Below, piece after piece: positions 18,264 through 27,701 of a DNA stretch of 64,000 nt. Source of the stretch: Candidatus Nomurabacteria bacterium (GTDB lineage Bacteria; Patescibacteriota; Minisyncoccia; Phycocordibacterales; UBA9973). The notes beneath the pieces were generated by a model. It ran no database searches, was not told the DNA's origin, and was given only the letters and a program-made list of their open reading frames with translations. Both the position numbers and the translations under genes were made by a program. The stretch lies in assembly GCA_016699365.1 (NCBI GenBank), contig CP064973.1, forward strand, positions 139,920 through 203,919, written 5' to 3'. The first letter of the stretch is position 1. Every line of letters starts with the position of its first letter.

Positions 18264-20470
18264 ATGTTTATCATGGCAAAAAATATAGCTAAAAATAGCA
18301 AGAAGGGTGATGTTGGTAAAAAGACCTCTTCTGATGTAAAAAAAGTGCCTGTTTCTAGATTAAAAGATGAGACAAAAAATGGAGTTTACGCGATATTGTG
18401 TCTGACTATAGCATTCTTTCTACTTCTATCTCTTTGGAACAATGCTGGCGTAGCTGGATCATTTTTCTACAATTTATTTTCAAAATTATTGGGTGTTGGA
18501 TATTATCTACTTCCAATATTTTCTATCGCTCTTGGTATATCTTTTCTTAGATCCGAAAGACCTAGTTTGGCACTAACGCACTCCATAGGAACTGCACTCT
18601 TTTTTATATCTGTTTTAGGTATTATCGATATTGTAGTTTTATCAAACACCTTACCGGGTGGATACATAGGACGGATAATCGCATGGCCTTTTGTCGCACT
18701 ATTTGATACATATGCAAGTATTTTATTTTTAGGAGCACTACTAATAATCTCAATATTTATATTATTTGATACTCGACCAAACATGGGCACACTTCCTGTT
18801 CGGGTTAGAAATTTCTTGTTTGGTAAAAAAGACAACGAAGAAGAAATGGAAACTGAGGCATATGTAGCCAAACCAGAAGACACCACAAATCCTGAGCCAG
18901 AAAAAATAGAAGAAATAAAAAAATCTGAACCAGAAACAAAAAAGAAAGATGGCAAAGATTCTGTGGCAGACGAAGAATTCGTTTTAGCTAAATCAAAAAA
19001 TAAAGCTAGTACTTACACTCCCCCACCTCTATCACTTCTAGAACCAGACAAAGGCAAGCCAAATGTTGGAGACATAAAAGCAAACGCAAATATAATTCAG
19101 CGCACTTTAGCAAACTTTGGAATTATAGTAGAGATGGATGAGATAACTATCGGACCTACTGTTACAAGATACGCACTGAAGCCTGCCCAAGGTGTGAAGC
19201 TTTCTCGTATCGCAGCACTGCAAAATGACCTAGCTCTCGCACTTGCCGCCCATCCTATACGTATGGAGTTGCCTATTCCTGGAAAGTCACTCGTGGGAAT
19301 AGAGATCCCGAACAAAACAAAATCAACTGTCGGTCTCGGTGCACTTCTTGCAGATCCGAACTTTATAAATTCTCCAAAACCTTTGATATTTGCACTTGGA
19401 AGAAATGTTGCGGGTAAGCCTACTCATATAAATATAGCCAAAGCTCCTCATGCCCTTATTGCGGGTACAACTGGATCTGGTAAATCTGTCACCATACACG
19501 CACTTATTACTTCACTTCTATATAGAAACGGACCTGAGGACCTAAAATTCATAATGGTGGATCCAAAACGCGTAGAACTAACTCTATACAACAAGATCCC
19601 CCACCTTCTTACGCCTGTTATTACTGACGCCAAGAAATGTATATTGGCGCTTAAGTGGGCAGCAAAAGAAATGGAAAGACGTTATGACATACTACAGAGT
19701 CATTCTGTTCGAGATATTGAGTCATACCATGACAATATATATGCCAAAAAACCAAAAGATAGTGAAGAGATTATGGACCGTATGCCTTATATAGTTATCA
19801 TAATCGACGAGTTGGCTGATATTATGCAAGCTTATCCTCGTGAACTAGAGAGTGCTATCGTTCGCCTAGCACAAATGTCTCGCGCTGTCGGAATACATCT
19901 TATACTCTCTACTCAGAGACCTGAGGTAAACGTGATCACAGGACTTATCAAGGCAAACGTACCTACTCGTATAGCTCTACGTGTTCCTACTCAAGTAGAC
20001 TCTCGAACAATTCTAGATACAAGCGGAGCTGAAAAACTTCTAGGAGCTGGAGATATGCTCTTCTCTGGAGGAGAAGGTCAACCAGAACGTCTACAATCTG
20101 CATTTATATCAGAAGACGAGGTCAAAAAGTTGTAAAATATCTATCAGAAGCATTTAGAAACGAAGTTCCAGGTGACGATATAGCTTTTTCGGGTCCCCTA
20201 ACAAGCGAACCTAGTATATTTAGCGCGACTCTAGACAACGATACTAGCGAGGATGATGATTTATATGAAGAAGCTAGGCAAATAGTTATAGAAACACAGA
20301 AAGCTTCAACTTCATTCCTTCAGAGAAAACTTGGTATAGGCTACGCAAGAGCAGCTAGACTAATAGATATCCTAGAAGAAAGAGGTGTAGTCGGTCCTGG
20401 TAATGGAGCAAAACCTAGAGAGGTCCTGGAAAAAACTGCTGAAGCAGAGCAATCTGGATTTACTGGATAA
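18264..20470 (+). CDS. ftsK: DNA translocase FtsK/SpoIIIE. It is interrupted by a -1 frameshift in the A5 run at 20124-20128, and the gamma domain is encoded in another frame up to 20470.
   Basis: N-terminal TM segments, Walker [10 protein letters not shown] and Walker [12 protein letters not shown]. The track ORF ends ...SEDEVKKL*, but the -1 frame continues [17 protein letters not shown]...[59 protein letters not shown] (the FtsK gamma winged helix). One extra A in caaaaag restores ...[13 protein letters not shown]... Confidence 0.8.
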
Positions 20471-20473
20471 AAT

Positions 20474-20827
20474 ATGACCTTCAAACAAAAAGCTGGTATG
20501 GGTGCAGGCATTGTATTCGGAATAATAGTTTTTTTATATGCAATTTTTAGACTTCATGACCTAATATTCGGAATAAATATAAAAGTTGAAGGCATAGAGA
20601 ATGGTATGGTTGTCACAGATCCAAATATACAAATAGATGGTAATGCAAAAAGGGCTAGTTTTGTCACCCTAAATGGAAATGAAGTATTTATATCAAAAGA
20701 AGGAGATTTTAGTGAACCAATAGTACTTTTACCAGGAGAGAATGTGGTATCATTGTATGTGAAAGATAAATTCGGTAAAGACACAACCGAGATATATAAA
20801 GTAGTCTATTTAGTAAGTAATCAATAA
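20474..20827 (+). CDS. Hypothetical single-pass membrane protein
   Basis: 117 aa with an N-terminal TM ([18 protein letters not shown]) and a beta-rich C-terminal domain. Confidence 0.4.
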   Translation: MTFKQKAGMGAGIVFGIIVFLYAIFRLHDLIFGINIKVEGIENGMVVTDPNIQIDGNAKRASFVTLNGNEVFISKEGDFSEPIVLLPGENVVSLYVKDKFGKDTTEIYKVVYLVSNQ

Positions 20828-20831
20828 ATTT

Positions 20832-21889
20832 ATGGCATTCAAAAAAACAGCCCCAAAAGAAAAGAAGCAAGTAGGAATGGAGATTGAAGATACAATTCGT
20901 TCCATTCAAACAAAATTCGGAGAAGGTGCAATTATGAAACTTGGTGACACACCAAAAGTAGACATAAATACTATTTCTACTGGATCGCTCGGGCTTGATA
21001 TGGCTCTTGGAGTTGGTGGTGTCCCCCGCGGACGTATAATAGAAATATTTGGACCAGAATCATCTGGAAAAACAACTCTTGCGCTTCACATAGTTGCCGA
21101 AGCACAAAAGACTGGAGGTGTTTGTGCATACATAGACGCAGAACATGCAATGGATCCAGTTTATGCAAAAAATCTTGGTGTTAAAACAAATGAACTTCTA
21201 ATTTCTCAACCAGACACAGGAGAGCAAGGTCTTGAAATATGTGAATCACTTGTACGATCTGGAAAAATCGACGTAGTAGTAATAGACTCAGTTGCAGCTC
21301 TTACTCCAAAAGATGAAATCGAAGGTGATATGGGCGCTCAGCACGTGGGCAAACAAGCTCGCCTAATGTCCCAAGCTTTGCGAAAACTTACAGCAATCGT
21401 TGCTCGATCAAAGACAACTGTTATTTTCATAAACCAAATAAGAATGCAGATTGGCGTAATGTTTGGAAATCCTGAAACTACACCAGGAGGAAAGGCGTTG
21501 AAATTCTATACATCAGTTCGACTAGATATACGTCGCATAGCTCAAATTAAAAAGGTGAAGAAGTTGTAGGAGGGCGCACACGAGTAAAAGTAGTAAAAAA
21601 TAAAGTTGCCGCTCCATTTAAACAAACTGAGTTCGATATAATATACGGAGAAGGAATATCCCGCGAAGGTGAACTAATGGCTTTAGGTGAAAAACTTGGA
21701 ATAATCACAAAATCTTCAGGTGGTTCATATGAGTACAAAGGCAAAGATGGCGAAGGTGCAGTGAAACTTGGACGAGGATATGACGCAACACGTACGTTTT
21801 TGAAGGAAAATTCAAAACTATCTAATGAAATTTTGAAACAAGTTAAATCTCGCTTTGGAGAAATACAAGTTTCAAGTAGTGGAGAGTAA
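20832..21889 (+). CDS. recA: Recombinase RecA. It is interrupted by a -1 frameshift in the A5 run at 21549-21553.
   Basis: [13 protein letters not shown] Walker A and a typical RecA core. The track ORF stops at ...[12 protein letters not shown]. The -1 frame continues [45 protein letters not shown]..., the canonical RecA C-terminal half, ending at 21889. One extra A restores ...IKKGEEVVG... Confidence 0.85.
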
Positions 21890-21912
21890 TAAAAAAAGAC
21901 ACTAGCAAGAAT

Positions 21913-21935
21913 TCCCCTTCGGGGGTTTTCTTTTG
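21913..21935 (+). terminator. Intrinsic terminator after recA
   Basis: cccc-ttc-gggg hairpin followed by ttttcttttg. Confidence 0.55.
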
Positions 21936-22035
21936 CCTATAACTTTTATTTCATCAGTGGTAATTTATTGTTTAGTTCTCGGAAAATTTTAAATTACTAA
22001 GTACATGATATGGGTTACAAAAAACAAAAACCCTT

Positions 22036-22056
22036 ACGGGTTTTTTTATATTGTTT
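22036..22056 (-). terminator. Intrinsic terminator
   Basis: aaaccc-ttac-gggttt hairpin with a T-run. Confidence 0.45.
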
Positions 22057-22419
22057 TTATAGAAATACACTATCCAATGTATTTGGAGTAGATGTAATCA
22101 TATTTTTTCTATATGAATTTAAAAAATACCTAACAACTAGCACAGACAGTAGTAGCACAATCATCAAAACGAACTGCTTGTTATCAAATGCAGAATATAT
22201 AATTCGGGCGACTTTTCTTGAAGCGATCAAAAGACACAATATCCCAATTAAAGTAAAATATGGGCTCCATAGGTCTTTTGATTCTGCCAAATACTCCCCT
22301 ACTAATGCATAAAACATTCCAACAATGTATACGCAAATATAAAAAAATATAATTACAAAACTATATATTTCCATAAAAATAGCTTTTCTAGATTGTACTC
22401 CTTGTATAAAATATATCAA
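22057..22419 (-). CDS. Hypothetical membrane protein (3-4 TM)
   Basis: 120 aa, strongly hydrophobic. Confidence 0.35.
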   Translation of the reverse strand: MIYFIQGVQSRKAIFMEIYSFVIIFFYICVYIVGMFYALVGEYLAESKDLWSPYFTLIGILCLLIASRKVARIIYSAFDNKQFVLMIVLLLSVLVVRYFLNSYRKNMITSTPNTLDSVFL

Positions 22420-22428
22420 CCAAAAGAT

Positions 22429-22459
22429 TAAACCCGCTCCGCGAATGCGGAACGGGTTT
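22429..22459 (-). terminator. Intrinsic terminator
   Basis: aaacccgctccgc-gaat-gcggaacgggttt imperfect hairpin. Confidence 0.45.
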
Positions 22460-22464
22460 GTGAA

Positions 22465-22686
22465 TTAGTTTTCCTCAATGCCTTTTGCAATAGCACCCAG
22501 CATCACCGCAAAAGTGATTGTAGATGGAATTGCAAATACAAAGGCTCCCGCAAATACAGTTACCTCTCCTAGAATAGATAGCGGGGTTCCGTATGCACTT
22601 TCTATGACTAAAGTCATAAGTGCCATAATGAACACGAATGCAGCAATGTAAGCCACACAAGAAAATAAGATTACCAATATTCTCAT
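22465..22686 (-). CDS. Hypothetical small membrane protein (2 TM)
   Basis: 73 aa hydrophobic. Confidence 0.35.
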   Translation of the reverse strand: MRILVILFSCVAYIAAFVFIMALMTLVIESAYGTPLSILGEVTVFAGAFVFAIPSTITFAVMLGAIAKGIEEN

Positions 22687-22743
22687 ACGTTTTATTTTTT
22701 TATATTATGTCATATATAGATAGATAAGTCAATAAAATAACCG

Positions 22744-22772
22744 TTGCAAAATAAGGCTGTTTGGGCTAGAAT
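22744..22772 (+). promoter_or_regulatory. Sigma70-like promoter (TTGCAA-17-TAGAAT) upstream of efp
   Basis: ttgcaa at 22744-22749, a 17-nt spacer, and tagaat at 22767-22772, about 45 nt upstream of the efp ATG. Confidence 0.35.
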
Positions 22773-22816
22773 CTTTGTGTTATTAGCTAGAGCCTAACGG
22801 CCTAATTTCATTCAAC

Positions 22817-23407
22817 ATGTCTATACTTTCCTACAGTGAAATAAAAGAAAAAAAGATCATTATTTGGAACGAGGAGCCTTTTGAGGTCCTTGAAAGTCAC
22901 GTTGCTCGCACTCAACAACGCAAACCTCAAAACCAAGTAAAAATGCGCTCACTTATAAACGGTCGCGCAGTAAACGAAACTTTCCGCTCATCTGATACAG
23001 CGAGTGAGGCAGATTTGGAGAAACGTGAAGTAAAATTCCTATATACAAACAAGGGTGAGTTCTGGTTCGCAGACCCTAGCGACCCAAGCAATCGTTTTAA
23101 ACTCGATGAAAAAATACTAGGATCAAATGTAAAATTCCTAAAACCAAATGAGAACGTAACAGCTCTCGTATGGACAGATGAGGATGATGAAGAGAAAATC
23201 ATAAGCATCAATCTTCCTATTAAGATGACATATGTTGTTAAGGAAGCTCCACCCGCAATCAAAGGCGACACTCGAACTGGAGGAAACAAGGTTGTCACTC
23301 TTGAAAACGGTGCTACTATAAACGCTCCCCTGTTTATTGCCGAAGGCGATAAGATAATCGTAAATACAGAAACTGGTGAGTATGTCGAGCGAGCTTCCGA
23401 TAAATAA
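22817..23407 (+). CDS. efp: Translation elongation factor P
   Basis: ...IIWNEEPFEVLESHVARTQQRKPQNQVKMRSLINGRAVNETFRSSD... aligns with the EF-P N-terminal KOW-like domain. Three-domain length (196 aa). Confidence 0.85.
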   Translation: MSILSYSEIKEKKIIIWNEEPFEVLESHVARTQQRKPQNQVKMRSLINGRAVNETFRSSDTASEADLEKREVKFLYTNKGEFWFADPSDPSNRFKLDEKILGSNVKFLKPNENVTALVWTDEDDEEKIISINLPIKMTYVVKEAPPAIKGDTRTGGNKVVTLENGATINAPLFIAEGDKIIVNTETGEYVERASDK

Positions 23408-23422
23408 TCTTTACAAAAAAAG

Positions 23423-23448
23423 AAAACCCGCTGTATAGCGGGTTTTTG
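23423..23448. terminator. Bidirectional intrinsic terminator between convergent efp and the ABC exporter
   Basis: aaacccgc-tgtata-gcgggttt. Confidence 0.6.
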
Positions 23449-23451
23449 TAT

Positions 23452-25212
23452 TTAATTTTGCTCTAAGTTCGCATACTGACGTTCCCAAAGTGAGCGATAA
23501 AGCCCATCAGGTAGATTCATAAGTTCATTATGAGTTCCACGTTCATATACTCGTCCTCCATCGATAACAATGATCTCATCGAGCTGAGCGACAGTAGTAA
23601 GCCTATGGGCTATAACAAGCATTGTCTTGCCTACCATCTCACGAAGCACCATTTGTACTTCATTTTCAGTTTCGGTATCAAGTGCGCTCGTCGGCTCATC
23701 AAGCATGAGTATCTCTGCATCTTTCAAAAATGCAGCAGCGATAGCAAGTCTTTGGCGTTGTCCGCCAGAGAGTTTTACTCCCCGCTCACCTACAAGTGTG
23801 TCATATCCTTTTTCCAATTTCTCGGTTATAAAGCTATGACATGATGCACGTTTTGCAGCAGCTACTATCTCTTCCATTGTTGCATCCGGTTTTCCAAACG
23901 CAATTATTTCTTTTATTTTCCTATGCGGGAAACTTGGATCTTGTGATACATAACTCAAAGTTTGCCTAAGCTCTTTTTGGGTAATATCACGTATGTCCAC
24001 TTTTCCAATAGTAATCGATCCATATCCATCAGGTATATCGAATTGTCTTAGCAAGAGTCTAGTAATAGTTGTCTTACCTGCACCTGTTGTGCCCACAAAT
24101 CCATATCTTTTTCCTGGCTTCAAGCAAAGATTCAAGTGATCCAATACCACCGAATCTTTATTTGGATATTTAAATGACACATCGTTGAAGCAAATCGTAC
24201 GATCACCATTGAGCTTTTTAGGCTCTGGTGTGTCTTGAATCGTAGGATCTTCACTCAACACAATCGACATGTCATATGCATCTGCGAGAGATTTGCGAAT
24301 ATTTGTTATAGCCCTTGAAACTTGCCACATATAACTAGTAAGTGTACCGATATATGAATAGATCAATACTACTGTACCAATAGTTACCAACCCAAGGGTC
24401 GCTTGTCTGATAACTATATACATAGACACAAGCTTGAACGTAAGGACGAGCAGGGATTGTATTGCATTGAATTTATTCCCTAGAAGCCACGCCTTTGCTC
24501 TATGCTTGTATTCATCGTAAGTGGTTTTTTTAAATTCATCGTGCTCTCTGTCTTCAGCGGTATACGAATGAATCATATGAACACTTCCAATAATATCACT
24601 CATGTGTCCTGTTGTATGAGAATCTGCATCTGCAGATCTCAAGTCATATGGCGTTCTCTTTTTAGAAAAATAAAACGACAATAACAAGAACGACAAGGTC
24701 CATACAACAAATACAAACCCCAGTCCAGGCATGGTACTAAATACCACAAAGAATACTCCGCATAATATTATAAAAACACGAAGTAACGTAAAAACAAATT
24801 CATCGAATACTGTTTCTGTGGTCCCAGCAAACCTCCTACTTTTAGCGACTATAGAACCTGCAAACGTACTTAGGAAAAAATCCGTACTACGTTTAAGCAA
24901 ATCCTTGATTGCATAGTCTTTAAGGTATTTTATTATCTTGGTCTCCGTATGAACGATAAACCAGTCTCCAAGTCTATTTGCCATCCAAGCAAATACACCT
25001 CCAACCGCAATAAGACTAAAAAATACAAGCGTGTCACCTTTTTTTGCGACAATAGAATCAATCAACATTTTCCAGAAAACTGGCTCAAGGACTGACTCAA
25101 TAAATATCGCAATACCGTAAAATAGCATTGTTGCAAATGCAATTTTACGGAAAGCATAAAAAGCTTTTTTCCAATGCTTCCATACAGGAGCAAAAAGTTG
25201 TTTCTGTTGCAT
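23452..25212 (-). CDS. ABC exporter with fused permease and ATPase, MsbA/type I exporter-like
   Basis: Six N-terminal TM helices. Walker A GTTGAGKTT, ABC signature LSGGQRQRLAIA and Walker B ILMLDEPTSALD. Confidence 0.85.
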   Translation of the reverse strand: MQQKQLFAPVWKHWKKAFYAFRKIAFATMLFYGIAIFIESVLEPVFWKMLIDSIVAKKGDTLVFFSLIAVGGVFAWMANRLGDWFIVHTETKIIKYLKDYAIKDLLKRSTDFFLSTFAGSIVAKSRRFAGTTETVFDEFVFTLLRVFIILCGVFFVVFSTMPGLGFVFVVWTLSFLLLSFYFSKKRTPYDLRSADADSHTTGHMSDIIGSVHMIHSYTAEDREHDEFKKTTYDEYKHRAKAWLLGNKFNAIQSLLVLTFKLVSMYIVIRQATLGLVTIGTVVLIYSYIGTLTSYMWQVSRAITNIRKSLADAYDMSIVLSEDPTIQDTPEPKKLNGDRTICFNDVSFKYPNKDSVVLDHLNLCLKPGKRYGFVGTTGAGKTTITRLLLRQFDIPDGYGSITIGKVDIRDITQKELRQTLSYVSQDPSFPHRKIKEIIAFGKPDATMEEIVAAAKRASCHSFITEKLEKGYDTLVGERGVKLSGGQRQRLAIAAAFLKDAEILMLDEPTSALDTETENEVQMVLREMVGKTMLVIAHRLTTVAQLDEIIVIDGGRVYERGTHNELMNLPDGLYRSLWERQYANLEQN

Positions 25213-25260
25213 ATTTCTTTATTTATTTTTTTGAATGAACAATATGGTTTAAAACATCCT

Positions 25261-25294
25261 ATTGGTTGCCCGATAGGATGTTTTAAACATTCAA
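25261..25294 (-). terminator. Intrinsic terminator (12-bp perfect stem)
   Basis: aaaacatcctat-tggttgcccg-ataggatgtttt. Confidence 0.55.
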
Positions 25295-25504
25295 GATAGA
25301 TTCTTAAATCCTTTTAACATCCGGTCCGGCCGGGATTGAGATATTTGAAACGACAGAATACGCACGTTCAAAAACGATTGGTGTAACCGCCCCGAACTTA
25401 TGTGCGAGACTGATTGAAGTATTTGATTGTGTGTTTATCATATTCATAACTTTATTATCTTAGCATATTTTTAAAAAAAGTCAAACTATTGTTTGGGGAA
25501 AACA

Positions 25505-25536
25505 AAAACACCCCGCGCCTGCGGGGTGTTTTTGTT
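25505..25536 (-). terminator. Intrinsic terminator immediately after the rpsR stop
   Basis: aacaccccgc-gcct-gcggggtgtt followed by a T-run. Confidence 0.65.
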
Positions 25537-25737
25537 TTATTTTGCGATATAAGGCATCAAACCCATGAAGCGTGATTGCTTTATAGCAAGAGCAAGCTTT
25601 CTTTGGTTCTTTGCAGTCATATTTGTCTTCTTTCGAGACAAGATACGTCCGTTCGGATTCACAAATTTTCGCAAGACATCAATATCTTTGTAGTCGATAT
25701 GCTTGATGTTATTTGCTGAGAAATAATCTTGTTTCAT
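25537..25737 (-). CDS. rpsR: 30S ribosomal protein S18
   Basis: DYKDIDVLRKFVNPNGRILSRKKTNMTAKNQRKLALAIKQSRFMGLMPY. Confidence 0.9.
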   Translation of the reverse strand: MKQDYFSANNIKHIDYKDIDVLRKFVNPNGRILSRKKTNMTAKNQRKLALAIKQSRFMGLMPYIAK

Positions 25738-25755
25738 AGTTTTTATAATTAATTT

Positions 25756-26196
25756 TTAAAACGGTATATCTTCGGCGTTTATGTCTTCAGATGGATATTC
25801 AATTGTATCTGGCTCTCCAGAATTTTTTGAAGGACCTTCTGATTTCGACAAATCTCCACTCGCACCCCCAGAACTTTTTGGACCAAATTGGAAATTTTCG
25901 ACAACTATTTCAGTGCGATATTTCTTTTGACCATCCTGCTCCCAGCTTCTAGTTTGCAGACGTCCGTCTACATATAGAGAATTCCCTTTCTTGCAATACT
26001 GAGATATAAGCTCAGCTGGCTTACCGAAAGCCACTAAGTTGTGGTATTCAGTAGAATCTTGTTTTGCACCATTTGCATCTTTCCAAGATCTATTTGTTGC
26101 TAGACTAAAACTTGCAACTTTCACACCTGACGGAAGAGATTTTAGCTCAGGGTCTCTTGTTAGATTCCCAATGAGCATAGCTTTATTGAGATACAT
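25756..26196 (-). CDS. ssb: Single-stranded DNA-binding protein
   Basis: OB-fold N-terminus MYLNKAMLIGNLTRDPELK... and an acidic C-terminal tail ending DIPF. Confidence 0.9.
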   Translation of the reverse strand: MYLNKAMLIGNLTRDPELKSLPSGVKVASFSLATNRSWKDANGAKQDSTEYHNLVAFGKPAELISQYCKKGNSLYVDGRLQTRSWEQDGQKKYRTEIVVENFQFGPKSSGGASGDLSKSEGPSKNSGEPDTIEYPSEDINAEDIPF

Positions 26197-26277
26197 AATT
26201 ATTTTTATACTTACTTAATAATTCGACGTAAACCTAATTTTCTATATTGTATAACAATTTACAAAACTTATCGTCTT

Positions 26278-26745
26278 TTATTCAGCAGCAACCATCTTCT
26301 CAATTTCTGCATCTACCTCCTCTTTGTTTATAGGAAGTTTTACTTCGTCTTCAGTAGAACGAGTCTTCTTTGCAGAATCTTTACCGAAAGGCTTCTTTGA
26401 TATAAGAGTATTCTCGCGAATAGTCTTTATAGCCAAGAATCTTATTATCTCTTCGTTCATAGCAAGAAGCTTAGAGATTTCTTCGATCTTACTTGGATCA
26501 AGTTCAAATTTTACCCATCCAAAATAAGCCTTCAAAAACTTCTCTTTCTTGTTTGCGATTGTACGATCCATTCTGTATGCAAGATCGATTAGACGAGGAT
26601 GATCTTCAGATATGAATACTCCCCCTCTTTCAGTTATCAAATCTTTGATTGCAGTAACTTTCGCTCCCAATTGCTCCTCAGCTATATGAGGCACAAAAAG
26701 ATAAGATATTTCGTATACAGTTAATTTTTTTATTTCGTTTTCCAT
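26278..26745 (-). CDS. rpsF: 30S ribosomal protein S6 (with C-terminal acidic extension)
   Basis: YEISYLFVPHIAEEQLGAKVTAIKDLITERGGVFISEDHPRLIDLAYRM. Conserved rpsF-ssb-rpsR gene order. Confidence 0.85.
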   Translation of the reverse strand: MENEIKKLTVYEISYLFVPHIAEEQLGAKVTAIKDLITERGGVFISEDHPRLIDLAYRMDRTIANKKEKFLKAYFGWVKFELDPSKIEEISKLLAMNEEIIRFLAIKTIRENTLISKKPFGKDSAKKTRSTEDEVKLPINKEEVDAEIEKMVAAE

Positions 26746-26861
26746 AATAAAAGCGCCGAAAGGCGCCCGAATTTAATTTCGTAAAAATCCCGCTTCGGAC
26801 CAAGGAGCCACAGAGTCAGATCTGTGACTAACGGGATGTGCCCATACTAACAGGGCATAGT
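26746..26861 (-). promoter_or_regulatory. Candidate rpsF 5' leader (possible S6:S18 autoregulatory element). It contains a GC hairpin plus U-run abutting the start codon.
   Basis: On the minus strand ggcgcc-tttc-ggcgc is followed by ttttatt and then the ATG. Further upstream hairpins are cacaga-gtcaga-tctgtg and gggatgtgccc...gggcat. Confidence 0.3.
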
Positions 26862-27635
26862 CTAAAAATCAAGCTTGAAAAACCTTTTAGAGTTTTCAAT
26901 CAAAACATTCCGCACCTCCTCCTCATCTAGGCCTTTTATACGAGCAATTGCTTTATAAACCTCCTCTACCATCCATGGTTCGCAAGTTTTGCCTCTATAA
27001 GGCACTGGGGCTGCGTATGGGGCGTCTGTTTCGGCCATTATAGACTCTAGTGGCAAGAATCGGATCACCTCGTCATAGTCGCCCGAGAAAGTAACCGGCC
27101 CATCAAAACTCATAGTATGTCCGCCTTCGAGCGCTCTTTTAGCTACATCTACATTGCCCACAAAAAAGTGAAAATTGGCACGTACTCCTACTCCACCAAG
27201 AATATTCAAAACTTCTTCATATGCATCCATACTCCCCTTACTTGGACGAGAATGTATCATAAGCGGCTTACCGACTTTTTCTGCAAGTTCGATATGTTTT
27301 AAGAAAATTTCTTTTTGACGAACTTTTGATTCTTCACTCTCGTTTCGGAAATAATCCAAACCTGTCTCACCTATCGCAACAACTTTAGGATTTTTAGCGA
27401 GCTCTTCTAGCTCATCACTCCAAGACTCTTCATGATTTGGATGTATCCCAACTGTCGCATATAAAAAATCATTTTGTTCAGCAAGACGAATAGCTTCACG
27501 AGTTGTCGCAAGCTCTGTTCCAACTGTTATGGTCGCAACACCTTTTTCCTTCATCCGCTCTATCACTTCACTTTGGGTTTCCAAAAGTGGCGAAAGATTT
27601 AAGTGTGAATGTATATCTATATATCGTATTTGCAT
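26862..27635 (-). CDS. tatD: TatD-family metal-dependent hydrolase/DNase
   Basis: MQIRYIDIHSHLNLSP... (the His-x-His metal site) and TIM-barrel TatD motifs along 257 aa. Confidence 0.8.
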   Translation of the reverse strand: MQIRYIDIHSHLNLSPLLETQSEVIERMKEKGVATITVGTELATTREAIRLAEQNDFLYATVGIHPNHEESWSDELEELAKNPKVVAIGETGLDYFRNESEESKVRQKEIFLKHIELAEKVGKPLMIHSRPSKGSMDAYEEVLNILGGVGVRANFHFFVGNVDVAKRALEGGHTMSFDGPVTFSGDYDEVIRFLPLESIMAETDAPYAAPVPYRGKTCEPWMVEEVYKAIARIKGLDEEEVRNVLIENSKRFFKLDF

Positions 27636-27701
27636 CCCTCTACTATCTCATAAAATTGAGCAAAAAGAAAAAGCCTGATTAATTTATCAGACTTTAAAAA
27701 A

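Noticed and set aside
20118-20135. Programmed -1 ribosomal frameshifting or transcriptional slippage at the AAAAAG sites in ftsK, recA and ileS
   Set aside because: A5 tracts are too short for efficient polymerase slippage. The P-site codon would mispair after a -1 shift at all three sites (xAA AAA G with x = C or T). Requiring low-efficiency recoding for three essential genes, including ileS, is implausible. An identical one-base homopolymer undercall is more parsimonious. It is kept as a finding because the data cannot exclude it.
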